In this document: positions 55,264 through 64,000 of the stretch, piece by piece
Layout: every line of letters begins with the position of its first letter
How positions within the stretch are numbered: the first letter of the stretch is position 1
Assembly (NCBI GenBank): GCA_018971045.1
Contig: JAGWVF010000002.1
Location: 1,133 to 65,132 of the forward strand
Direction: 5' to 3'
Source: Patescibacteria group bacterium
Lineage (GTDB): Bacteria; Patescibacteriota; Minisyncoccia; Phycocordibacterales; Phycocordibacteraceae
Length of the DNA stretch: 64,000 nt
Program-made: the position numbers and the translations under genes
Notes under the pieces: model-generated
Databases searched by the model: none
Told to the model about the DNA's origin: nothing
The model's input: the letters and a program-made list of their open reading frames with translations, nothing else

Positions 55264-58200
55264 ATGCGCAAGAATCTCGTACAGAAGACTTTCGGTGCGT
55301 ACCGAGCACCTTCGGTCTCGTTCCCCGACCTCGTGGGACACCAGCGCGGATCCTTTGATTGGCTCCTTAAGGACGGTCTCGCGGAGCTCTTCCGTGAATT
55401 CTCGCCGATCACCGACTACTCGGGTAAGAAGTTTGAACTGCAGTTCGAGAGTTTCGAAGTGGGCGAGCCAAAGTACAGCGAAGAGTTCGCGCGTATGAAT
55501 ATGCGCACCTATGAAGCGCCCGTGAAAGCGACGGTGAAGCTCATCAATAAGACGCTCGGCTCGGAGAAATCGCAGGAAATCTTTCTCGCCGATATGCCGA
55601 TTATGACTCCGCACGGGTCCTTTATCGTTTCCGGCGTCGAACGGGCGATCGTTCCGCAACTCGCCCGTTCTTTTGGCGCATTTTTCAGTTCGGAATTGCT
55701 GCGCGGTAAGCCGTTCTTCGGCGCCAAGGTTTTGCCGCTCCGCGGCGTGTGGATCGAGATCGATTCGGAAGCCGACGGAGCGATCTTCGTAAAAATCGAC
55801 CGCAAGAGGAAGTTCCCCATCACCCAGCTCCTCACGGTCTTCGGCGGCGGACTCGGCGAAGCGGTGACGAAGCATTTTGAAAAGGATCCGCTCGCCCTTG
55901 CGGCGATCAAAGCCACGTTGACGCACGACGAGGCGCGGTCGGTCGAGGAAGCGTACATCGAGATTCACCGCCGCATGCGCGACGGCGATCTCGCCACTCC
56001 CGAGAATGCGAAGAACTTCGTGCAGTCGCTTTTCTCGCCCGAGCGTTACGATATCGGTAAGGTCGGCCGCCACCGTTTAAACGCGCGCTTCGGCCTCCCT
56101 GTGAGCGAAAAGGCGCTCGAGAAGCGCGTCCTCTCGCTCAAGGATTTCGTCAATATTATTTCAGAAATTACCAAACTCAATGCGGATCCGCACGCGCGCC
56201 CCGACGACATCGATCACCTCGGGTTCCGCCGCGTCCGGTTCGTCGGCGAGCTTCTCCAAGCGCGCATGCGCGTCGGCATGAGCCGTATGAAGCGCAATAT
56301 TCAAGACCGCATGAGCACGATCGAGAGCGAGACGACGCTCCCGATGGCGCTCGTGAATCCGCGCCCGTTCCACGCCTCCGTGCACGAATTCTTTACCGCC
56401 AATCAGCTCTCGCAATTTATGGATCAGCAGAATATTCTCGCGGAGCTCGAGAACATGCGCACTCTCTCGGCGCTTGGACCAGGAGGCTTGACTCGCGAGC
56501 GCGCGGGCTTCGAGGTGCGCGACGTGCACCCAAGCCACTACGGACGGCTTTGCCCGATCCACACGCCGGAAGGGCAGAACATCGGACTTATCCTGCGCCT
56601 CGCCACTCATGCGCGTACCAATGATTTCGGCGTTATCGAAACTCCGTACGCTAGGGTGAAGAACGGCAAGGTAACCGAGGAGATCGTCTACCTCAACGGA
56701 CTCGATGAAGAGCTCGAGTACGTCGCGCACGGCGCGACGAAGCTCGACGATCAAGATCGCATCGTCGCCGAGCATGTCGAGGCGCGCTATAAGGGCGATC
56801 CGATCATCGTCCCGCGCGAGTTGATCACGCTTATGGACGCCTCTACGTATCAAATGTTCAGTATCGCGACCTGCATGATTCCGTTCGTTGATCACGATGA
56901 CGCGAATCGCGCGCTGATGGGTTCAAACATGCAGAAGCAGGCGACGCCCGTCCTCATTCCGGAAGCGCCGCTTGTCGCCACAGGCATCGAGAGTCATGCG
57001 GCGATGAGCACCGGCCGTCTCGTTGTCGCGGAGGAGTCCGGAACGGTTACCTATGTCGATGCGCGCAAGGTTATCGTCGAACAGAAAGACGGGAAGAAGA
57101 AAGAATATCATCTTCAGGGGCTTACTCAGACCAATCAGAACTCGACCTTTATGCAACGCCCGTCGGTCGTGCTCGGCGATATCGTCAAGAAGGGCGAGGT
57201 GCTCGCGGATAATTCATCGACCGACCATGGCCAGCTCGCGCTCGGCCAGAATGTCCGCGTCGCCTTTATGAGCTGGAACGGCGCCAACTACGAAGACGCC
57301 ATCATCATCTCGGAACGTCTCGTGGAGGACGCCAAGTTCACCACCATCCACATCGAGGACTTCGAGTGCGTGGTGCGCGACACGAAGCTCGGCCCCGAAA
57401 CAACGACTCATGACATTCCGAACGTCGGCGAGATGCGTCTCAAGAACCTCGACGAAGAGGGCGTGATCCGCATCGGAGCTGAAGTGCGCCCGGGCGATAT
57501 CCTCGTCGGCAAAGTAACCCCCAAGGGCGAGACGCAACTGACGCCCGAGGAACGCCTCCTGCGCTCTATCTTCGGCGACAAAGCGAAGGACGTGAAGGAT
57601 ACGTCGCTTCGCATGGAGGGAGGGAAGCGCGGCCGCATCATCGGCGTGCGCGTTTTCTCCCGCGAGAAGGGCGATCAGCTCGAGACGGGAATCATCAAGA
57701 AGATCGTCGTGACGGTCGCTCAAGTGAGAAATGTCAGTGTCGGCGACAAGCTCGCCGGACGCCACGGCAATAAGGGCGTCATCAGCCGCGTGCTTCCCAT
57801 CGAGGATATGCCGTACGACAAGGACGGCAATCCGGTCGATCTGATTCTCACGCCGCTCGGCGTTCCGAGCCGTATGAATCTCGGACAGATTCTCGAAATG
57901 CACCTCGGATTGGCCGCGAACACGCTCGGCTACCAAGCCGTGGTGCCACCCTTTGCAGGAGCGACGCCGGACGAGATCCGCGCCGAGCTTGCCGCCGCCG
58001 GCTTTGACAAGAGCGGGAAGATGCAGCTCTTCGACGGACGTACCGGCGCGGCCTTCGCTCAGACGATCGCGGTCGGCTATATGTATATCTTGAAGCTCCA
58101 TCACATGGTTGAGGACAAGATCCATATGCGATCGATCGGTCCGTACTCGCTCATTACCCAGCAGCCGCTCGGCGGCAAGGCACAGAACGGCGGCCAGCGT

Positions 58201-58446
58201 TTCGGAGAAATGGAAGTGTGGGCGCTGTTGGGGTACGGGGCGGCCTACACGCTTCGCGAGATGCTTACGATTAAATCGGACGACATCCAGGGCCGCTCCG
58301 CCGCCTTCGACGCGATCGTGAAGGGCGAGCCGATCAGCCACACGGGCACGCCCGCATCGTTCGCGGTGTTGACTAACCAGATCCGCGGCCTCGCGCTTGA
58401 CGTCGAGCCGTTGAATCTTCCGCCCGAAGAACCGGACGCAGAGTGA
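55264..58446 (+). CDS. rpoB: DNA-directed RNA polymerase subunit beta (compact, 1060 aa)
   Basis: Conserved beta-subunit blocks throughout (e.g. GRHGNKGVISRVLP, NLGQILE). Confidence 0.95.
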   Translation: MRKNLVQKTFGAYRAPSVSFPDLVGHQRGSFDWLLKDGLAELFREFSPITDYSGKKFELQFESFEVGEPKYSEEFARMNMRTYEAPVKATVKLINKTLGSEKSQEIFLADMPIMTPHGSFIVSGVERAIVPQLARSFGAFFSSELLRGKPFFGAKVLPLRGVWIEIDSEADGAIFVKIDRKRKFPITQLLTVFGGGLGEAVTKHFEKDPLALAAIKATLTHDEARSVEEAYIEIHRRMRDGDLATPENAKNFVQSLFSPERYDIGKVGRHRLNARFGLPVSEKALEKRVLSLKDFVNIISEITKLNADPHARPDDIDHLGFRRVRFVGELLQARMRVGMSRMKRNIQDRMSTIESETTLPMALVNPRPFHASVHEFFTANQLSQFMDQQNILAELENMRTLSALGPGGLTRERAGFEVRDVHPSHYGRLCPIHTPEGQNIGLILRLATHARTNDFGVIETPYARVKNGKVTEEIVYLNGLDEELEYVAHGATKLDDQDRIVAEHVEARYKGDPIIVPRELITLMDASTYQMFSIATCMIPFVDHDDANRALMGSNMQKQATPVLIPEAPLVATGIESHAAMSTGRLVVAEESGTVTYVDARKVIVEQKDGKKKEYHLQGLTQTNQNSTFMQRPSVVLGDIVKKGEVLADNSSTDHGQLALGQNVRVAFMSWNGANYEDAIIISERLVEDAKFTTIHIEDFECVVRDTKLGPETTTHDIPNVGEMRLKNLDEEGVIRIGAEVRPGDILVGKVTPKGETQLTPEERLLRSIFGDKAKDVKDTSLRMEGGKRGRIIGVRVFSREKGDQLETGIIKKIVVTVAQVRNVSVGDKLAGRHGNKGVISRVLPIEDMPYDKDGNPVDLILTPLGVPSRMNLGQILEMHLGLAANTLGYQAVVPPFAGATPDEIRAELAAAGFDKSGKMQLFDGRTGAAFAQTIAVGYMYILKLHHMVEDKIHMRSIGPYSLITQQPLGGKAQNGGQRFGEMEVWALLGYGAAYTLREMLTIKSDDIQGRSAAFDAIVKGEPISHTGTPASFAVLTNQIRGLALDVEPLNLPPEEPDAE

Positions 58447-58479
58447 ATGAAATCGCTTTAGAAAATTAATTCACGACAT

Positions 58480-61400
58480 ATGGCATTCACCCCCCGCAAA
58501 CTTCCTCCCCGCGACACTTGGAATGGGCTTCGGCTCGCGCTCGCTTCTCCGGAACGCATTCTCTCTTGGTCCAGCGGCGAAGTGACCAAACCCGAGACGA
58601 TCAACTACCGCACCCAGCGATCCGAAAAGCACGGGCTCTTCGATGAGAAGATTTTCGGCCCCGAAAAGGATTACGAATGTTACTGCGGCAAGTACAAAGG
58701 AATCCGCTACAAAGGCATCGTCTGCGACAAGTGCGGCGTCGAGATCACGCGCTCGATCGTGCGCAGAGAGCGCATGGGCCACATCGAGCTCTGTACCCCC
58801 GTTGCTCACATCTGGTTCCTCCGTTCGGTCCCGAGCCGGATGGCGCTCCTGCTCGGCGCATCCGCAACCGACATCGAGAAGGTCGTGTATTTCGCGGGAT
58901 ATATCGTCATCAAGATCGCCGAGGAAGAGAAGAAACGCTTGCTCAACGAACTTGAGAGCGAATACAAATCAAAGTATAAGTCGCTCGGCACCGATAAGGA
59001 GCGCGACGCGCTCAAAGAAAAGATGACGATCGCCAAGAGCGAGATTGAGGGCATGGTGGTCGGCAGAGTGCTCGATGAACTCGAGTATCACCGCTTCTCG
59101 GTAAAATACGGCGGCCTCTTTGAGGCGCGCATCGGCGCCGAGGCCATTTACGATATTTTCTGCAAACTCGATCTGAAGGAACTCGAGAAGACGCTTTCGG
59201 CGCGCTACGAGCATGCCGGCGCCGCCGAGAAGGAGAAGCTCGCGAAACGTCTCTCGCTTATCGCCGGACTGATCGCTTCGGGCGTTCGACCCGAGTGGCT
59301 CTTCCTCACGCGTATTCCGGTGATCCCGCCGGCACTGCGTCCCATGGTCGCGCTCGAAGGCGGCCGCCACGCGACGTCTGACGTCAACGATTTGTATCGG
59401 CGAGTGATTAATCGCAACAATCGCTTGAAGAAACTGATCGATATTCACGCGCCGGAAGTGATTTTACGCAACGAGAAACGCATTCTTCAAGAGGCCGTTG
59501 ACGCGCTTCTCGACAATTCGATCCGCAAGAGCGGCGCCGCCGCCGGCGCGATGACGATGACGCAGCGACGCCCGCTTAAATCCCTCGCCGACTACCTGAA
59601 AGGAAAGCAGGGATATTTCCGCCAAAATCTTCTCGGCAAGCGCGTCGACTACTCCGGCCGTTCGGTGATCGTCGTCGGCCCGGATCTCGAGCTTGATGAA
59701 TGCGGCCTGCCGAAGCATATGGCGCTTGAACTCTTCCGCCCATTCGTGATCGCCGGACTTCTTGAACGCGAGCTCGCCTTTAATATCCGCGGCGCCGGCC
59801 GCTTGATTGAAGACGGCGTCGCTGAAGTATGGGAGCTGCTCGAAGAAGCGATCCAGGGGAAGTACGTGCTTCTCAACCGCGCTCCGACGCTCCATCGCCA
59901 GGGCATTCAAGCATTCCGACCGCGGCTTATCGAGGGTGACGCGATCCAACTCCATCCGCTCGTGTGCAACGCTTTTAACGCAGACTTCGACGGCGACCAG
60001 ATGGCGGTGCATGTGCCGCTCTCAGACGAGGCGCAGTGGGAGGCGGCCAATATCATGAGCGCGAACAAGAATATCTTAAAGCCGGGATCGGGTGACATGA
60101 TCGTGCTCACCGGGAAACCGCTCGATATCATTCTCGGCGTGTATTGGCTCACCAAATCCGTTGACGGAGCGAAAGGAGAGGATAAATACTTCTCCTCTCC
60201 AAACTCCGCCATTCTCGCGTCCGAGTATGAGACGATCGACCTGCGCGCCAAGATCAAGGTGCTTCCCGCGAAGGGGAAAGACAAGTACGCGGCGTTTGAC
60301 GGCCATCCGTTTGAAACGACCGTCGGCCGCCTGCTCTTCAACACGGTGCTTCCGCCGAACTATCCGTTCGTGAATGAGACGATTACCAAGAAAGTGCTCG
60401 CGCGGATCGTTACCGACTGCATCGCGCGGTACGGCATCGACGCGGTGCCGGGTATCGTGAACAAAGTGAAGCGTTTCGGCTTCGACTATGCGACGCGCTC
60501 GGGTATCTCATGGGCGATTGACGACGTTTCAGTGCCCGAGGCGAAGTCGGCCATTATTGATGACGCCGCCGCCAAGGTGGTAAAGATTCAGGAAGATTAT
60601 CAGAACGGTCTCCTTTCGGAAGAAGAGAAGCGCCGCATGGCGATCGAGACGTGGCAAGGCGCGAAGCAGTCCGTCGAGGAAGCCGTTGCGACCAATCTCG
60701 ACCCGATGGGTTCTGTCGCCGACATGGTAAAGTCCGGAGCGCGCGGCACGCTCGGAAACCTGACTCAGATGGCCGGCATGAAAGGGCTCATTCAGAACAC
60801 CGCCGGCGAGACGATCGAAGTGCCGATCATTTCCTCGATGATCGAAGGCCTGAATCCGATCGAATACTTCATGTCCACGCACGGCGCGCGCAAGGGTCTA
60901 ACCGACACCGCGCTCGGTACGGCTAAGGCCGGATATCTCACGCGCCGTCTCTTCGACGTCGCGCAAGACTCAATCGTCACCGAGAAAGATTGCGGAACGG
61001 TCCGCGGAGTGAAGATTAATCGCGTGAGCGCGTCGGGCATTCAGATTAATTACGCTGAAGCGCTGCGCGGCCGCGTGCTTGCTGAAGACGTGAAGGACGC
61101 GAGCGGCGCCGCTCTGTTTAAGAAAGGGCACTACCTTTCGATTGCGGACGCCGAGACGCTTGCGGCGGCTGCGTCTGTCACCAGCGTGATCGCACGCTCC
61201 CCGATGTCTTGCGAGACGCGCTACGGTATCTGCCAGACGTGCTACGGCATGGATCTTACTACCCAAGAGATAGTAGACCTCGGTGAAGCGGTCGGCACCA
61301 TCGCCGCTCAGGCGATCGGAGAACCGGGCACCCAGCTCACGATGCGCACCTTCCACGCCGGCGGCGTAGCGTCAGTCGGCGGCGACATCACGAGCGGCCT

Positions 61401-62205
61401 CCCGCGCGTTGAAGAGGTGTTTGAGAAGCGCGCGCCGAAAAATCCGGCCGTCATCTCGAAGTCTGACGGCATCGTTTCCGAGATTAAGGAAGAAGGCCGC
61501 GAGAAGGTGATTGTCGTCGCTCCTTCGGCCGGTCAAGGGAAAAAGGACGGATCGGCTTTTGAGTATCTCGCGCCGTATCCGCGCGTGCCCTTGGTGAAGG
61601 AAGGCGACACGGTCGTCAAGGGCCAGATCCTCTCCGATGGTTCGGCTGATCTCGATGAACTCTTCGACTACGCGGGCCGCGCGGTGGTTCAGGAATACAT
61701 CATTACCGAAGCCTCGAAGATTTATGAACTTCAGGGGGCGTCGGTGTCGCGAAAGCACCTCGAGGTGGTTGTCAAGCAGATGTTCAGCCGCGTGAAGATT
61801 ACTGACGCGGGAGATACCGATTATTCGATCGGCGACGTGGTCGAGGATTGGGAATTCGCGAAAGCGATCAAAGAGATGGAGGGGGCGAACAAACTTCCGC
61901 CGAAGGCGCATGAGATCGTACTCGGAATCAAGGAGAGTGCGCTTTCACGCCGTTCGTTCCTCTCAGCAGCTTCCTTCGAGCAGACGACGAAGATCCTCAT
62001 TAATGCCGCGTTGCGCGGCTCGACGGATCGCCTGCGCGGCCTCAAGGAGAACGTCATTCTCGGCCGCCTTATTCCGGCAGGAACCGGATTCGACGGCAGT
62101 AAGAAGTATGCGCATATCGAGAAGTTGCAAGCTGACCGCCCGGCGCCGGCAACATACGAATCGCGCATCACCTCTTTCGCACCGCGCGTCCCGCGCGCAC
62201 TGTAA
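58480..62205 (+). CDS. rpoC: DNA-directed RNA polymerase subunit beta'
   Basis: Zinc-binding CxxC N-terminus, NADFDGDQM catalytic motif, trigger loop/bridge helix blocks. Confidence 0.95.
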   Translation: MAFTPRKLPPRDTWNGLRLALASPERILSWSSGEVTKPETINYRTQRSEKHGLFDEKIFGPEKDYECYCGKYKGIRYKGIVCDKCGVEITRSIVRRERMGHIELCTPVAHIWFLRSVPSRMALLLGASATDIEKVVYFAGYIVIKIAEEEKKRLLNELESEYKSKYKSLGTDKERDALKEKMTIAKSEIEGMVVGRVLDELEYHRFSVKYGGLFEARIGAEAIYDIFCKLDLKELEKTLSARYEHAGAAEKEKLAKRLSLIAGLIASGVRPEWLFLTRIPVIPPALRPMVALEGGRHATSDVNDLYRRVINRNNRLKKLIDIHAPEVILRNEKRILQEAVDALLDNSIRKSGAAAGAMTMTQRRPLKSLADYLKGKQGYFRQNLLGKRVDYSGRSVIVVGPDLELDECGLPKHMALELFRPFVIAGLLERELAFNIRGAGRLIEDGVAEVWELLEEAIQGKYVLLNRAPTLHRQGIQAFRPRLIEGDAIQLHPLVCNAFNADFDGDQMAVHVPLSDEAQWEAANIMSANKNILKPGSGDMIVLTGKPLDIILGVYWLTKSVDGAKGEDKYFSSPNSAILASEYETIDLRAKIKVLPAKGKDKYAAFDGHPFETTVGRLLFNTVLPPNYPFVNETITKKVLARIVTDCIARYGIDAVPGIVNKVKRFGFDYATRSGISWAIDDVSVPEAKSAIIDDAAAKVVKIQEDYQNGLLSEEEKRRMAIETWQGAKQSVEEAVATNLDPMGSVADMVKSGARGTLGNLTQMAGMKGLIQNTAGETIEVPIISSMIEGLNPIEYFMSTHGARKGLTDTALGTAKAGYLTRRLFDVAQDSIVTEKDCGTVRGVKINRVSASGIQINYAEALRGRVLAEDVKDASGAALFKKGHYLSIADAETLAAAASVTSVIARSPMSCETRYGICQTCYGMDLTTQEIVDLGEAVGTIAAQAIGEPGTQLTMRTFHAGGVASVGGDITSGLPRVEEVFEKRAPKNPAVISKSDGIVSEIKEEGREKVIVVAPSAGQGKKDGSAFEYLAPYPRVPLVKEGDTVVKGQILSDGSADLDELFDYAGRAVVQEYIITEASKIYELQGASVSRKHLEVVVKQMFSRVKITDAGDTDYSIGDVVEDWEFAKAIKEMEGANKLPPKAHEIVLGIKESALSRRSFLSAASFEQTTKILINAALRGSTDRLRGLKENVILGRLIPAGTGFDGSKKYAHIEKLQADRPAPATYESRITSFAPRVPRAL

Positions 62206-62225
62206 GTGTTGAGAACGTTATATGC

Positions 62226-62259
62226 AACGCGCAAGCCGCCGTACGGTGGCTTGCGCGTT
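62226..62259 (+). terminator. 15-bp stem-loop after rpoC (one G-U pair, loop GTAC), weak U-tract: putative terminator/attenuator
   Basis: AACGCGCAAGCCGCC-GTAC-GGTGGCTTGCGCGTT, read directly. Followed by TAGAAT plus 7 nt plus the dnaG ATG. Confidence 0.45.
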
Positions 62260-62296
62260 CGTATACAGGAATAAGAAACACGGTAGAATTGGGATC

Positions 62297-64000
62297 ATGG
62301 CCGGAGATACCGTCGCAGAGATTAAGGAGCGATTGAGCATACAGGATATTATTAGCCCGTATGTAAAGCTCGCTCGAGCGGGGAAATCGCTCGTCGGGCT
62401 CTGTCCTTTTCATAAAGAGAAAACGCCTTCTTTCCACGTTTCTCCCGAGCGGGGAAGCTGGCACTGTTTCGGCTGCGGGGAAGGCGGCGACGGATTCTCT
62501 TTTATTGAAAAGATCGAGGGGGTGGACTTCAAAGGCGCACTCAAAATTCTCGCCGAGAAAGCGGGAGTTACTTTAATATATCAGAGCGGCGACGGACAGC
62601 GCGAAGACGCGTCGAAAAGGGAGAAGCTCTTCGCGCTCATGAGCCGCGCGGGCGAGTGGTACGCGGGGAAACTCCCGAACAGTCCGGCCGAAGCCTATGC
62701 CCGTTCGCGCGCAATGACCGATGAAACGATCGCCGCATGGCGGCTCGGCTATGCGCCGGACGGCTGGCGCGCTCTCCTTGAAGCTCTGACGGCTGAAGGA
62801 TTTTCCGTATCGGAGCTGCTCGCGGCAGGCCTCGTGAAGGAAGCAGACGGCAAGCCGGGCACCTATTATGATCGTTTCCGTAATCGTCTCATGTTTCCCA
62901 TTCGGGATGCCGCAGGGCGGATTGTCGCTTTTACGGGCCGCGCGTTGCCCTCCGAAGATTCGACAAACGAGAGCCAGCATGAAGTCGCAAAGTACCTTAA
63001 TTCACCCGAGACCGATCTTTATCGAAAATCCGAGATCCTTTTTGGAATGGATCGCGCCAAAGAAGCGATACGGACTCGGAAGTATTCAATGCTCGTCGAG
63101 GGGCAGATTGACGTGCTCCTGGCTCATCAAGCGGGATTCAATAATGCCGTCGCCCTCTCGGGAACCGCGCTTTCCGTTCAGCATCTCCGGCTTATGAAGC
63201 GCTTCAGCGAGAACTTGATGCTCGTGCTTGATGCGGACCCGGCCGGACTCGCCGCAACGGCGCGTAGCGCCGGATTGGCTCTTCGACAGGGCCAGAGAGT
63301 GAAGGCGGCAAGATTGCCGAGAGGCAAGGACCCGGCCGATCTCATCAGTGAGGGGCCGCAGGAGTTCGCGGCGTGCGTCGCGGCGGCGAAACCGATCGTC
63401 GAGTTCTTCCTTGTCGAGCTCGTCGAGAGCGAGCCGGATACGCACCGGCTTCTTCGGCGCGCAGAAAGCATTGTACTCCCGCTTCTTGCGGCGATGCCGA
63501 GCCCTATGGAGCGCGAGCATTTTATCCAGTCAACGGCGCGAACGTTCGGGATCTCGAGCGAGGCGGTTCATGAATCGCTCAAGTCTTTTCCGGGAGAGCC
63601 GCCGGTCATGCTTGAGTCGCGGGCGCAGGCTCGGATCGCGGCGCCGATTCGACCGATACGCGAGATTCGCGGAGAACAACTCCGAGCGCTTGTCCACGCG
63701 TATTCGGGGACCGAGCTTGCGCAGTACGTCCAATCGGAGTATTGTCGAATTACCGAAGCTCGCGAGTTTCCGTCTGAGATTCCCTCGGAATCGGCGCTGT
63801 TCTCCGTCGAACAGCTGTTTGGAGATCGCCCGGGACCGCAGGCGGCAAACGAGCTTCTTCGCGCCTTTGAAGCAGCGGTGATCCGCGAGGCGTACGAGAG
63901 AGCGGTAGCGAATTTGCGCAGGGCGGAATCGTCAGGCGAGATCGCCCGAATCGAAGAAGCACAACGAGTCTGTGCCGAGCTCTCCGCGCGTCTTGCGAAG
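62297..64000 (+). CDS. dnaG: DNA primase (3'-truncated by window edge). Not in the ORF track because no stop lies within the window.
   Basis: Translated by hand from ATG 62297. Open to the window end. Zinc finger CPFHKEKTPSFHVSPERGSWHCFGCG. TOPRIM EGQIDVL...DAD. Confidence 0.88.
   Translation, partial: MAGDTVAEIKERLSIQDIISPYVKLARAGKSLVGLCPFHKEKTPSFHVSPERGSWHCFGCGEGGDGFSFIEKIEGVDFKGALKILAEKAGVTLIYQSGDGQREDASKREKLFALMSRAGEWYAGKLPNSPAEAYARSRAMTDETIAAWRLGYAPDGWRALLEALTAEGFSVSELLAAGLVKEADGKPGTYYDRFRNRLMFPIRDAAGRIVAFTGRALPSEDSTNESQHEVAKYLNSPETDLYRKSEILFGMDRAKEAIRTRKYSMLVEGQIDVLLAHQAGFNNAVALSGTALSVQHLRLMKRFSENLMLVLDADPAGLAATARSAGLALRQGQRVKAARLPRGKDPADLISEGPQEFAACVAAAKPIVEFFLVELVESEPDTHRLLRRAESIVLPLLAAMPSPMEREHFIQSTARTFGISSEAVHESLKSFPGEPPVMLESRAQARIAAPIRPIREIRGEQLRALVHAYSGTELAQYVQSEYCRITEAREFPSEIPSESALFSVEQLFGDRPGPQAANELLRAFEAAVIREAYERAVANLRRAESSGEIARIEEAQRVCAELSARLAK

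Noticed and set aside
1-64000. CRISPR arrays, prophage blocks, restriction-modification or toxin-antitoxin operons
   Set aside because: No direct-repeat/spacer arrays, integrase/terminase/capsid motifs, methyltransferase motifs or small paired TA ORFs were seen. The only repeat arrays are REP palindromes and intragenic protein repeats.

Overview
This is a 64-kb GC-rich (roughly 60%+) bacterial chromosomal window with standard genetic code (TGA/TAA/TAG all used as stops). A compact housekeeping backbone is interleaved with very large surface-protein genes. It looks like a streamlined, possibly Candidate Phyla Radiation/Patescibacteria-like genome; that is inference from short PheS/PheT/ThrRS/RpoB/DnaE, a split transketolase, class I FBA plus GAPDH plus pentose-phosphate genes, a sortase, and giant repeat proteins.

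Backbone genes recognised from motifs: gap, rpiB, rpe, tktA/tktB (split), a PfkB kinase, class I fba, rplY, rpmE, prfA, rpsB, tsf, tRNA-Thr(UGU), pheS, pheT, gyrB, thrS, dnaE, rnhB, rpmF, a nusB-NUDIX fusion, rnc, a hinge-less SMC-like gene, rnr, rpsP, a KH-domain gene, trmD, rpoB, rpoC and dnaG (3' partial).

Accessory content:
- a 5'-truncated >1850-aa tail-fibre-like surface protein
- an 1107-aa secreted beta-helix plus lipase-like protein
- two lipoproteins and a 974-aa Cys-rich FN3/CARDB protein
- a sortase locus (CARDB protein, sortase, secreted protein, 829-aa Gly-rich repeat protein with an IPQTG+TM signal)
- a GT2 processive synthase plus membrane thioredoxin-like pair
- two low-GC islands carrying orphan genes.

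Most distinctive in the sequence:
(1) Two complete REP-RAYT-REP units ('REPtrons'). They carry paralogous HUH Y1 transposases and two different perfect-palindrome REP families that share a CATCSGATG core; solo REP copies lie in intergenic spots, including one that encodes the PheS C-terminus.
(2) A pervasive leaderless-promoter architecture: a TATACT-like -10 hexamer sits 6-8 nt upstream of the ATG of at least ten genes, including a palindromic bidirectional -10 shared by dnaE and rnhB.

No rRNA, CRISPR array, prophage or obvious defence operon was recognised.
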